DNA from: Bacillota bacterium
Lineage (GTDB): Bacteria; Bacillota; Sulfobacillia; JAIMAT01
Length of the DNA stretch: 64,000 nucleotides
Direction: 5' to 3'
Assembly: GCA_023511835.1 (NCBI GenBank)
Contig: JAIMAT010000001.1
Location: 19,142 to 83,141 of the forward strand
In this document: positions 28,515 to 36,939 of the stretch, piece by piece
How positions within the stretch are numbered: position 1 is the stretch's first letter
Layout: each line of letters starts with the position of its first letter
Notes under the pieces: generated by a model
What the model saw: only the letters and a program-made list of their open reading frames with translations
The model's database searches: none
What the model was told of the DNA's origin: nothing
Translations under genes and position numbers: made by a program

Positions 28515-28856
28515 TCAGGGCGCGGCCGCCTCGACCCGCCGGGCGTCCCGCCAGAGGCGATCGAGGTCGTAGAACTCCCGCGCCTCCTCGGTGAAGAGGT
28601 GGACCACCACGTCGCCGTAGTCCAGGCAGATCCAGCGCCCCGCCTGATAGCCCTCGGGGCGGACCGGGCGCTCGGCGGGCAGCTCCTCCCGCAGGGCGTC
28701 CGCCTGGGCGCGCAACTGGATGGGGTTGCGGCCGCTGGCCAGGACGAAGTAGTCGGCCACCGCCTCCAGGCCCGTCAGGTCGAGGATGACGGTGTCGAAG
28801 GCGCGATGCTCCTCCAGGATGCGCACCGCCGCCCGCGCTCGCTCCAGGGCTTGCAA
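28515..28856 (-). CDS. rsfS: ribosomal silencing factor RsfS (Iojap)
   Basis: ...AFDTVILDLTGLEAVADYFVLASGRNPIQLRAQADAL...RPEGYQAGRWICLDYGDVVVHLFTEEAREFYDLDRLW. Confidence 0.85.
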   Translation of the reverse strand: MQALERARAAVRILEEHRAFDTVILDLTGLEAVADYFVLASGRNPIQLRAQADALREELPAERPVRPEGYQAGRWICLDYGDVVVHLFTEEAREFYDLDRLWRDARRVEAAAP

Positions 28857-28898
28857 CCGGCACTCCCACCTCGCTTCGCGCCGAGCTCCCGTCCGTGC

Positions 28899-29537
28899 TC
28901 AGTGTAGCACGGGCGCCTCCCTGCCCAGCCCCGCCTCCAGCTCCGCCAGCAGGCGGAGCGAGTCGCCCTCGATGAGCGCGCCCTGGCTCCGCAGGAAGCG
29001 GATCGAGGAGCGGAGCGCCGAGGCCATGGCTTCCTCCAGCGACTCGCAGGCCTGCCGCCGCAGCTCCTCCACGCCGGGATAGCTGCGCGTCGGCTCGATG
29101 CTGTCGGCCAGCCAGACGACGCGCGCCAAACGGGACATCCCCGGCCGGCCGACGGTGTGCAACTCGATCGCCTCCAGCACCGCCTCGTCCTCGAAGCCCA
29201 TCTCCTCGCGCAGCAGCGCGGCGGCCACCGGCCCGTGGAGGAGCGCTGTCCGGTAGCCGCCCGCCCGCTCGGGCAGCCCGAAGCGGCGTGCCACGGCGGC
29301 CGTCTCCTCGTCCGTCAGCTCGCGCGCCCAGTCGTGCAAGAGGCCGGCCAGCCGCGCCCGCTCCGGGTCGACGCCCCAGCGGGCGGCCAGCAGCACCGCC
29401 GTGTCGGCCACACCCAGGCTGTGGTAGTAGCGGGGTGGCGAGACCCTGGCGCGCAGCCGCTCCGCCCACTCCAGCCACTCCGCCATGCTAGCGCTCCCCT
29501 TCCCCGGCTTCCGGCCGCGCCTCTCCCTCTCCCCCAT
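28899..29537 (-). CDS. yqeK: HD-domain protein YqeK (bis(5'-nucleosyl)-tetraphosphatase type)
   Basis: ...RYYHSLGVADTAVLLAARWGVDPERARLAGLLHDWARE...LEAIELHTVG... The real start may be the internal MAEWLEW (~29486), which would remove the overlap with nadD. Confidence 0.8.
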   Translation of the reverse strand: MGERERRGRKPGKGSASMAEWLEWAERLRARVSPPRYYHSLGVADTAVLLAARWGVDPERARLAGLLHDWARELTDEETAAVARRFGLPERAGGYRTALLHGPVAAALLREEMGFEDEAVLEAIELHTVGRPGMSRLARVVWLADSIEPTRSYPGVEELRRQACESLEEAMASALRSSIRFLRSQGALIEGDSLRLLAELEAGLGREAPVLH

Positions 29538-30141
29538 CGTCCAGGTAGAGCCGGTTCTTCATGATGTACTGCTCCACCGGCTCGGGCAGGAGGTACTTGA
29601 TGGGCGCCCCGCGGGCCACGCGCCGGCGGATCTCGGTGGAGGAGATGGCCAGCGCCGGGATCTCGATGCTGACGATGCGCTCCGCCGCCTCCGGCGGCAG
29701 CTTCGCCCGCACCTTCTCCAGGCCCGAGCGCGGGTAGCCCGGCCGCGTTGCGGCGACGAAGCAGGCCAGCCGGAGGAGCTCCTCCGGGTCCTTCCAGTCC
29801 AGGATCTCCAGCGTGGCGTCGGCCCCGGTGATGAAGTAGAGCTCGCCGTCCGGGCCCAGCTGGCGGCGGAAGGCGCGGAGCGTGTCGATGGTGTAGGAGG
29901 GGCCGGGCCGCTCCACCTCCAGGTCCGAGACATCGAAGGCCGGGTTGGACATGGTGGCCAGCACCGTCATCAGGAAGCGCTGCCTCCCCGGCGTCACCCG
30001 CCTCCCCCGCTTGTGCGGCGGGTGGCCGGCCGGCACGAAGACCACCCGCTCAAGGCCGAAGTGGTGGTAGCTCGACTGCGCCGCCACCAGATGTCCGTAG
30101 TGGATGGGGTCGAAGGTGCCGCCCATGATGCCCAGGCGCAC
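29488..30141 (-). CDS. nadD: nicotinate-nucleotide adenylyltransferase
   Basis: VRLGIMGGTFDPIHYGHLVAAQ...VVFVPAGHPPHKRG...SYTIDTLRAF...ISSTEIRRRVARGAPIKYLLPEPV. GTG start with RBS GGGAGGTGG at 4-nt spacing. Confidence 0.8.
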   Translation of the reverse strand: MRLGIMGGTFDPIHYGHLVAAQSSYHHFGLERVVFVPAGHPPHKRGRRVTPGRQRFLMTVLATMSNPAFDVSDLEVERPGPSYTIDTLRAFRRQLGPDGELYFITGADATLEILDWKDPEELLRLACFVAATRPGYPRSGLEKVRAKLPPEAAERIVSIEIPALAISSTEIRRRVARGAPIKYLLPEPVEQYIMKNRLYLDDGGEGEARPEAGEGER

Positions 30142-30166
30142 GTGGCCACCTCCCGCGACGGGGATC

Positions 30167-31486
30167 TCAGGTGCGGGGCGCCGCCTCCTGTTCCAGCTCG
30201 AACTCCAGTTCGCCCACGCGCACCCGGGCGCCGGGCTCGGCACCCGCCTCGCGCAGCTTCCGCAGCACCCCCGCCCGCGCCAGCCGGCGCATCAGCCAGC
30301 GGACGGCCTCCGGGTTGCCCAGGTCGGTCATGGCCACCATCCGCTCCACGCCGCCGCCACGCACGACGAAGACGTCGCCCTCCCGCTCCACCGCCAGCGG
30401 CGGCCGCGGCCGCAGGCGGAAGACCGCCTCCTCCGGCGCGCCGGCGCCGCCCGGCGGCTCCCCCGCGCCGGCCGGCTCCTCCGGGAGCCGCCTGCGCAGC
30501 TCCAGGATCCGTCCGAGCAGCCGTTCGACCCCCTCGCCGGTGGCCGCCGAAAGCGGCCAGGCCTCCAGGCCCTCCGCCTCCACCGCGCGCCGGAACTCCT
30601 CCCAGCGGCGACGCGCCTCGGGCAGGTCCCACTTGTTGGCCGCCACCAGGGCCGGCCGCCGCACCAGTCCCGGGTCGTAGCTGGCCAGCTCCCGGCGCAG
30701 CACCCGCAGGTCGTCCAGCGGATCGCGCCCCTCGCTGCCGGCCAGGTCGACCACGTAGACCAGGATGCGGGTCCGCTCCACGTGCCGCAGGAACTCGTGG
30801 CCGAGGCCGGCACCCCGGTGCGCTCCCTCGATCAGGCCGGGGATGTCGGCGACGACGAAGCTCTCCTCGCCGCCCCGCAGGGCGACCACGCCCAGTTGCG
30901 GTTCCAGGGTGGTGAAGGGGTAGCCCGCGATCTTGGGGCGGGCCGCGCTGATGCGCGAGAGCAGCGTCGACTTGCCGGCGTTGGGCAGCCCGGTCAGGCC
31001 CACCTCGGCCACCAGGCGGAGCTCCAGCTCCAGCTCCCGGCTCTCCCCCGGCTCGCCCTTCTCGGCGAAGTGCGGCGCCTGGTAGGTGGGGCTCTTGAAG
31101 TGGACGTTGCCCCGCCCGCCGCGGCCGCCGCGCGCCACCATCACGCGCTGGCCCGGCCGCACCAGGTCGGCCAGCAGCTCGCCCGTGGCAGCGTCCCGGA
31201 CCAGCGTCCCCACGGGTACGCGCACCACCACGTCCGCGCCGTCGGCGCCGCGCGCCCGGCTGTGGCCACCGGGGGCGCCCGGCTGCGCCACGAAGCGCCG
31301 GTGGAAGCGGAACTCGGCCAGCGTGGTCAGGCCGGGGACCGCCTCCACCAGCACGCTCCCGCCGCGCCCGCCGTCCCCGCCGTCCGGGCCGCCCCGCGGT
31401 ACGTACTTCTCGCGCCGGAAGGTGGCCGCCCCGTCGCCACCCCTGCCGGCTTGCACGTGGATGCGCGCTTCGTCGACGAACGGCAT
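30167..31486 (-). CDS. obg: GTPase Obg/CgtA
   Basis: [45 protein letters not shown] (Obg fold), G-domain [15 protein letters not shown]...[26 protein letters not shown]...ANKWDL, and C-terminal TGS/OCT-like domain. Confidence 0.9.
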   Translation of the reverse strand: MPFVDEARIHVQAGRGGDGAATFRREKYVPRGGPDGGDGGRGGSVLVEAVPGLTTLAEFRFHRRFVAQPGAPGGHSRARGADGADVVVRVPVGTLVRDAATGELLADLVRPGQRVMVARGGRGGRGNVHFKSPTYQAPHFAEKGEPGESRELELELRLVAEVGLTGLPNAGKSTLLSRISAARPKIAGYPFTTLEPQLGVVALRGGEESFVVADIPGLIEGAHRGAGLGHEFLRHVERTRILVYVVDLAGSEGRDPLDDLRVLRRELASYDPGLVRRPALVAANKWDLPEARRRWEEFRRAVEAEGLEAWPLSAATGEGVERLLGRILELRRRLPEEPAGAGEPPGGAGAPEEAVFRLRPRPPLAVEREGDVFVVRGGGVERMVAMTDLGNPEAVRWLMRRLARAGVLRKLREAGAEPGARVRVGELEFELEQEAAPRT

Positions 31487-31562
31487 CGCCTCGACCCGAC
31501 CCTTCCAGCTCCCGGTTCGGCGCTCCCGGCCCGGTCAGAGCCTCTCCCGGCCCCCGCCCGCC

Positions 31563-32114
31563 CTACTCGGAGTGCGCGGAGGCCGGCGGGAGCTCGGCGG
31601 CGGCCGCCTCCCGGGCCTGGGGCCCGATCCAGCGCCAGACCCGGTGCGAGGCGGGCTCCCCATGCGGCCGCTCCCAGGCGGTCAGCTCCAGGCCCGAGAC
31701 GCCGCCCTCGCGGAAGGGAACGATGGCCACCTCGCCCACCCCGGGCCGGCGCTCCAGCTCCTCGACGGCGCGGACCAGCTCCTGGCCCAACGAGGCGGGC
31801 GCCTCCGGAGGAAGCCAGCCCCTCGGCGCCGGCTCCACCCGCACCGAGGCGCCGCGCAGCTCGGCCTGGGCCCGCGCCACCAGGATGCCGCCCACCAGGT
31901 CCTCCGGCATCCCGCGCCGCCAGAGCCGGTCCCGCTCGGCGGCGTCATGCAGTTGGCGGATGTAGGCCAACGCCTTCTCGCCGTTGCCCATCTGGAGCCA
32001 ACCTGCGATCACCTGAAGGTCGTTGAGGGTACGGTGACGGTCGGCCGAGTCGACGGCCAGGATGGCGCGGCTCTCCCACCGCGCGCCTTCGGGCACCGAC
32101 TCCTGCGGCACCAA
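31563..32114 (-). CDS. Spo0B-like sporulation phosphorelay phosphotransferase (candidate)
   Basis: Sits in the slot of spo0B (between rpmA and obg, as in Bacillus). ...DSADRHRTLNDLQVIAGWLQMGN... aligns with B. subtilis Spo0B LLGHSRHDWMNKLQLIKGNLSLQ around the phospho-accepting His. The remainder is weakly conserved. Confidence 0.45.
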   Translation of the reverse strand: MVPQESVPEGARWESRAILAVDSADRHRTLNDLQVIAGWLQMGNGEKALAYIRQLHDAAERDRLWRRGMPEDLVGGILVARAQAELRGASVRVEPAPRGWLPPEAPASLGQELVRAVEELERRPGVGEVAIVPFREGGVSGLELTAWERPHGEPASHRVWRWIGPQAREAAAAELPPASAHSE

Positions 32115-32193
32115 GCTCCCCCCCGCGCGTCGCCCGCGCCTCTGCGCGGACGGCGGTGCCCCTTGCGGGCACCGCCGTCCGCCCTCGCTCCGC

Positions 32194-32847
32194 CTAGGCG
32201 CTTGTCGGCCACGCCGGCAGCACGTGGACGGCCTTGCGGTTCTTGCCGCGGCGGGCGAAGCGGACGTAGCCGTCGCGGAGGGCGAAGAGGGTGTGATCCT
32301 TCCCCACGCCCACGCCCTCGCCCGGCAGGATCCGGGTCCCCCGCTGGCGGACCAGGATGTTGCCGGCGCGGACCTGCTGGCCGTCGAAGCGCTTCACCCC
32401 CAGGTACTGGGGATTGGAGTCGCGACCGTTGCGCGAGCTGCCCAGCCCCTTCTTGTGGGCGAAGAGCTGGAGATCCATCTGACGCACAGGCTCACCTCCC
32501 CGCTCCCGGCCGTCACCGGCCAGTACTTCCTCCTGCAGGCGGACAAAGGCACCCGCCTCGCGGGCCGTCGCCGCCAGGCCCAGCACCGCCGTGGCCAGGA
32601 TGTCCTGGGCCCGCTCCACGTCGGCCTCCGGCAGCCCCCGCAAATCCAGGCAGAAGTCGCCGCTGGCGAGGCGCACGGCCGGACGCAGCCCCAGCCTCTC
32701 CTCCAGGCCGAGCAGGGCCGTCTGGGCGATGGCCGAGACGGCGGCGCAGACCACGTCGCGCCCCGCCTCCGCGTAGCCGGCGTGGCCCCGGATGGCCAGC
32801 CGGAGGATCCTCCCGCGGCCGTCGCGGCCGACCCGCGCCCGGATCAC
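32194..32847 (-). CDS. rpmA: single ORF encoding the ribosomal-processing cysteine protease Prp fused in frame to ribosomal protein L27 (L27 portion about 32194..32478)
   Basis: N-terminal 110 aa [50 protein letters not shown]...AFVRLQEEV is Prp/YsxB (His/Cys dyad). After a 15-aa linker ([15 protein letters not shown]) it continues [36 protein letters not shown]...[31 protein letters not shown], which is L27 with the Firmicute-type cleavable N-terminal extension. No stop codon lies between them. An internal RBS GGGAGGTGA precedes the L27 ATG (32478). Confidence 0.7.
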   Translation of the reverse strand: MIRARVGRDGRGRILRLAIRGHAGYAEAGRDVVCAAVSAIAQTALLGLEERLGLRPAVRLASGDFCLDLRGLPEADVERAQDILATAVLGLAATAREAGAFVRLQEEVLAGDGRERGGEPVRQMDLQLFAHKKGLGSSRNGRDSNPQYLGVKRFDGQQVRAGNILVRQRGTRILPGEGVGVGKDHTLFALRDGYVRFARRGKNRKAVHVLPAWPTSA

Positions 32848-32857
32848 GGGGCCCGCC

Positions 32858-33181
32858 TCAGCCCTCGATCTTCTCGATGCGCACCCGGGTGAACGGCTGA
32901 CGGTGCCCCGTCTTGCGCCGGTAGTTCACCTTGGGCTTGAACTTGAAGACGATGATCTTCGGCGCCTTCAGCTGGGCGACGATCCGGGCGCGCACCCGCG
33001 CCCCCTCCACGAGCGGCGTGCCCAGCCGGAGGTCGCCGCCCTCGCCCTCCGAGGGCGCCAGGGCCAGCACGCGGTCGAAGTCGACCTGCGCGCCGGCCTC
33101 GCCCTCCAGGCGGTCGACGTCCAGGAGGTCGCCCTCGCCTACGCGGTACTGCTTGCCCCCTGCTTCGATGATGGCGTACAT
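32858..33181 (-). CDS. rplU: 50S ribosomal protein L21
   Basis: [27 protein letters not shown]...[42 protein letters not shown] 7 nt upstream of ATG. Confidence 0.9.
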   Translation of the reverse strand: MYAIIEAGGKQYRVGEGDLLDVDRLEGEAGAQVDFDRVLALAPSEGEGGDLRLGTPLVEGARVRARIVAQLKAPKIIVFKFKPKVNYRRKTGHRQPFTRVRIEKIEG

Positions 33182-33267
33182 CCGTCGCCCTCCTGCTCCG
33201 TTCCTCCCGCCGGCTCGCAAGCCATCGGGCCGGAATCCAGAAGAAAGCCAAGCGCACCGCCGGTGCG

Positions 33268-33297
33268 CACCGAACGAGTCTACCATCCGGTTTCGGC
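33268..33297 (-). promoter_or_regulatory. candidate sigma-A promoter for rplU operon (TTTACA - 18 bp - TAGACT) followed by a structured leader
   Basis: Minus strand: cgccTTTACAcccgccgaaaccggatggTAGACTcgttc, then the leader hairpin GCGCACC-ggc-GGTGCGC (perfect 7-bp stem) before the RBS. Placement is consistent with an L21 autoregulatory leader. Confidence 0.45.
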
Positions 33298-33342
33298 GGG
33301 TGTAAAGGCGCCCCTGCCCCGGAGGCCGCCTGCCGCAAGCGC

Positions 33343-35046
33343 TCAGCCCTGCACCGGCTCCAGCAGGCGCGCCTTGGCGTAGGTGCGGAAGGCGCGCGTC
33401 ACCTCCACCCGGACCCGCCGGCCCACCAGCCCTCCGGCGCCGGCGATGTCCAGGACGTAGCCCTCCAGGCGCGCGATGCCGTCGGCCGGGTTGGAGGCAT
33501 GGGGCTCCGCCACCTCCACCTCCAGACGCTGGCCGGCGTGGACGGGGAGCGCCTTGGCCTCCACTTCGGCCCGGTCGCCCAGCGCGCGCAGGTTCATCTC
33601 CTCCAGGTGGCACTCCTCGGAGCCGCGGATGAAGATGGTCCGCCGGGTCTCCCGCTCCAGCTCCTTGAGGTTGGCCCCGCCGGGGCCGATCAGGAGCGAG
33701 GCCACCGAGGGATGGGCCTCCAGCAGGATGGCCTCGGCGTCGGAGGTGCGCAGGATGCGCTTGATCTCGCGCCGGATCTTGCGCGAGGTGGCTTCCTCGG
33801 AGAGGACGCGGCCGCGGCCGGAGCAGTAGGGGCAGGGCCGCGTCATCGCCTCCAGCAGGTTGCGGCGGCTCTTCTTCCGCGTCATCTCCACCAGCCCCAG
33901 ATCGGTCAGGCCCAGCACGCTGGACTTGGTCCGGTCCCGCTGGAGCGCCTCCTCCAGGGCGCGGAGGACGGCCTGGCGGTGCTCGCCCACCTCCATGTCG
34001 ATGAAGTCGATGACGATGATGCCGCCGATGTCGCGCAGGCGCAGCTGGCGCGCGATCTCCCGCGCCGCCTCCAGGTTGGTGTGGTAGACGGTCTCCTGCA
34101 AGTCGTCAGAGCCCACGTAGCGCCCCGTGTTGACATCGATGGCCGTCAGCGCCTCGGTCTGGTCGATCACCAGGTAGCCGCCGCTTTTCAGCCAGACGCG
34201 GCGCGAGAGCGCCCGCTCCAGCTCCTGGTCGACGCCGTAGAGCTCGAAAAGCGGGTGGTCGGGGTCGTGGTAGAGCTCGACGCGGGGCTTGAGCGCCGGG
34301 GCGAAGACCTCCAGCAGCTCCAGGATGCGCTCGAACTCGCGGCGGTCGTCGACCAGGATGCGCGTCACGCTCTCGTCCAGCTCGTCGCGCAGGACGCGGT
34401 AGACCAGGCCGGCCTCCTTGTGCAGGAGCGTGCCGGGCTTCGCTTCCTTGGCCTTCTGGTAGAGGCGCTCCCAGAGGCGGATCAGATACTCCGCGTCGCG
34501 GCGAAGCTCGCCCTCCTCCTGCCCCTCGGCGGCCGTACGCACGATCAGGCCCAGGCCCGGCGCCTGGACGGACTGGGCGATGGCCCGCAGGCGCTCGCGC
34601 TCGGCCTCGTCGGCGATGCGCCGCGAGACGCCCACGTGCTCGCTGGCCGGCTGGAGGACCAGGAAGCGTCCCGGCAGCGTCAGCTTCCGGGTGACGCGCG
34701 CCCCCTTGGTGCCGACCGGCTCCTTCACCACCTGCACCAGCACCTCCTGGCCGGGGCGCAGGATCTCCTGGATGGAGCGCGCCTCCGGAGGCGGAAGCGG
34801 CTCCCCGTCCAGCGGGACGCCCGGATAGGCGTCGTCGACGAAAAGGAAGGCGTTCCGCTCCAGTCCGATGTGGACGAAGGCGGACTGCATGCCGGGGAGG
34901 ACGTTCTCCACGCGGCCCTTGTAGATGTTGCCGACGATGCGCTGGTTGAGCGGGCGGTCGACCTCGTACTCCACCAGCTGGCGGTCCTCGAAGACGGCGA
35001 GCTGCGTCTCGTCGTGGTCGATGCTGACCAGGATCTGCTTCTCCAT
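33343..35046 (-). CDS. rng: ribonuclease G/E family endoribonuclease (Rng/CafA-like)
   Basis: S1 domain (...[35 protein letters not shown]...), catalytic domain (...[16 protein letters not shown]...), Zn-link [13 protein letters not shown] at 35046 with GGGAGG 7 nt upstream; the longer ORF start at 35496 is rejected. Confidence 0.85.
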   Translation of the reverse strand: MEKQILVSIDHDETQLAVFEDRQLVEYEVDRPLNQRIVGNIYKGRVENVLPGMQSAFVHIGLERNAFLFVDDAYPGVPLDGEPLPPPEARSIQEILRPGQEVLVQVVKEPVGTKGARVTRKLTLPGRFLVLQPASEHVGVSRRIADEAERERLRAIAQSVQAPGLGLIVRTAAEGQEEGELRRDAEYLIRLWERLYQKAKEAKPGTLLHKEAGLVYRVLRDELDESVTRILVDDRREFERILELLEVFAPALKPRVELYHDPDHPLFELYGVDQELERALSRRVWLKSGGYLVIDQTEALTAIDVNTGRYVGSDDLQETVYHTNLEAAREIARQLRLRDIGGIIVIDFIDMEVGEHRQAVLRALEEALQRDRTKSSVLGLTDLGLVEMTRKKSRRNLLEAMTRPCPYCSGRGRVLSEEATSRKIRREIKRILRTSDAEAILLEAHPSVASLLIGPGGANLKELERETRRTIFIRGSEECHLEEMNLRALGDRAEVEAKALPVHAGQRLEVEVAEPHASNPADGIARLEGYVLDIAGAGGLVGRRVRVEVTRAFRTYAKARLLEPVQG

Positions 35047-35192
35047 GCCCGAGCCTCCCGGAAAGCCGGCCGAAGCCGGTGCGGCGGTCAGGTCCGCGTG
35101 CGGACGAAAACGGGCTCTGCCCCGGGGGTCTTCCGCCCCCGGTTGAGCATACCCGTTCCCTCGCCCGCCCAGGAGTGGAGGCGGCCGCGAGG

Positions 35193-36071
35193 TCAGGAGC
35201 CCGGACCGGCGTCGAGGAGCCTCTCGATGGGGACGGCGCCGCCCAGGCGGAGGAGGCCGTCCAGAAGCCGGGCCTGGTCGACTGTGCCCGCCACCCGGCC
35301 CTGGGCGTCGATCACCCAGAAGACGTGGTAGACGTCGCCCGCCAGGCTGCGCGCGGCGGCCAGCAGGGCGGTGCCGCCCGGGACGGCCAGGGCGCGCACC
35401 GGAAGCGGCGCGGGCGGCGCTCCCTGCAGGCGGAGGCGGAGGAGCTCGCGCGCGGAGCGGAAGGCTTCCTCTGGAAGGGGGCGGCGCGCGCTCCACATCA
35501 GGAACCCCCCCAGCACGGGCAGGTTGGGTACCAGAATGCCGGCCAGCGCCAGCGCCACGCCACCGGCGAAGAGAAGGGCGCCCAGGCGGGCGCCCCAGCG
35601 CCGCAGCAGGCGGACCGCCGCCGCCTCGCCCAGGCGCGGCGCCAGCAGCAGTTGGGCCAGGCGGCCGCCGTCCAGCGGCAGGACCGGGAGCAGGTTGAAG
35701 AGCGCCAGCGAGAGGTTGCCCTCCAGGAAGAAGTCGAGCAGCGGGCCGCCCGCCCAGCCGCCCTGCCGCAGCGCCACCCCCAGGGCGAGGAGGAGCAGGT
35801 TGTCCAGCGGTCCGGCCAGCGCCAGCAGCGCGCGCAGCGCGGCCGGCGCCGTCTCCAGCCCCTCCAGGCGGGCGACGCCGCCGAAGGGCAACAGCTCCAC
35901 CTCCCGCACGCGCAGGCCGGTCGCCTGGGCGAGCGCCAGGTGGGCCAGCTCGTGGCTGAGTAGAAGCGCCAGCACCACGGCCACCGCCAGCCCCTGGCCG
36001 CCCAGCACGGCCGCCGCCAGCAGGACCAGAAAGGCCGGGTGGATGCGGAGGGCGACCCCGCCGACGCGCAC
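35193..36071 (-). CDS. site-2 (M50) intramembrane metalloprotease, SpoIVFB-like
   Basis: HELAHLALA (HExxH in a TM helix), ...NLLPVLPLDGGRL (LDG motif), C-terminal CBS-like region. Position downstream of the spoIVFA-like gene matches the B. subtilis spoIVFA-spoIVFB arrangement. Confidence 0.7.
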   Translation of the reverse strand: MRVGGVALRIHPAFLVLLAAAVLGGQGLAVAVVLALLLSHELAHLALAQATGLRVREVELLPFGGVARLEGLETAPAALRALLALAGPLDNLLLLALGVALRQGGWAGGPLLDFFLEGNLSLALFNLLPVLPLDGGRLAQLLLAPRLGEAAAVRLLRRWGARLGALLFAGGVALALAGILVPNLPVLGGFLMWSARRPLPEEAFRSARELLRLRLQGAPPAPLPVRALAVPGGTALLAAARSLAGDVYHVFWVIDAQGRVAGTVDQARLLDGLLRLGGAVPIERLLDAGPGS

Positions 36072-36091
36072 CGACGCCGCGCCCCCGCCGT

Positions 36092-36919
36092 TCAGCCGCG
36101 CCCGCTCACCCGCAGCAGCACCAGGGGGTCGACCGGCTGGCCCTCCCGTTCCACCTCCAGGTAGAGGTTGGAGCCTCGCTCGCCGCTGGCTTTCCCCGCG
36201 GTGGCGATCACCTGGCCCGCCCGCACCTGCTGCCCGGGGCGGACGCGGACCGATCCCAGGCGCGCGTAGAGGAGCGTCCAGCCGCCCGGGCTGGCGACGC
36301 GCACGCTGGCGCCCAGAGCCCCCTGGCGCTCCACCTGGACCACCCGCCCGTCGGCCGCGGCCCGCACCGGCGCCCCGGCCGGCAGGCGCCAGTCGACGCC
36401 GGGTACGAAGTGGACCACTTGGCCCGCCCGCCGCCAGCCGAAGCTTCCCACCAGCTGCGCCCGGTCGCCGCCGGGGGAGGTCATGGCCAGGAAGGGGAGG
36501 CCGGCCGGGCGGTCCGCCGTCGCCGCGGGGGCACCCTGCGCGGCGGCGGAACCGGCGCTGCCGCTCTCCGCCGGCCGGCTCTCCCCGCCCCCGCCGGCTC
36601 CGCCAGCCAGCGCGGCGACGCGCTCCAGCGCCGCCCGCAGCCGTGCCACGTCCAGCTGGTCGACGGGCGCCAGCTGGCGCACGCGTGCGGCCGCCTGGCG
36701 CGCCAGCTGCGACGGAAGGTGCGCTGCCGCCGCGAAGAGGAGGAGGAGCAGGAGGGCGCCGGCCAGCTGCTGCAGGAAGGGTCCTCGCCGCCGCACGCCG
36801 CCTCGCCGGGCACGGCGCGCTCCGCCGGCGAGCGCGCCGCCGGCGCGACGCATCCGGGACAGCCGGAGCATGGGCACCGCCTCCGGGAGCATGCCTATGC
36901 CGCCCCCTGGCCGGCCCAT
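36092..36919 (-). CDS. SpoIVFA-like membrane protein with degenerate LytM/M23 peptidase domain
   Basis: Cytoplasmic basic N-terminus, one TM (LAGALLLLLLFAAAAHL), C-terminal M23-like domain HFVPGVDWRLPAGAPVRAAADGRVV...GSNLYLEVEREGQPVDPL in which the catalytic HxH is replaced by NLY (inactive). ATG at 36919 with GGGAG RBS; the longer in-frame extension overlapping rodA is rejected. Confidence 0.65.
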   Translation of the reverse strand: MGRPGGGIGMLPEAVPMLRLSRMRRAGGALAGGARRARRGGVRRRGPFLQQLAGALLLLLLFAAAAHLPSQLARQAAARVRQLAPVDQLDVARLRAALERVAALAGGAGGGGESRPAESGSAGSAAAQGAPAATADRPAGLPFLAMTSPGGDRAQLVGSFGWRRAGQVVHFVPGVDWRLPAGAPVRAAADGRVVQVERQGALGASVRVASPGGWTLLYARLGSVRVRPGQQVRAGQVIATAGKASGERGSNLYLEVEREGQPVDPLVLLRVSGRG

Positions 36920-36939
36920 GACAGGCTCCCGGCGCGGGA

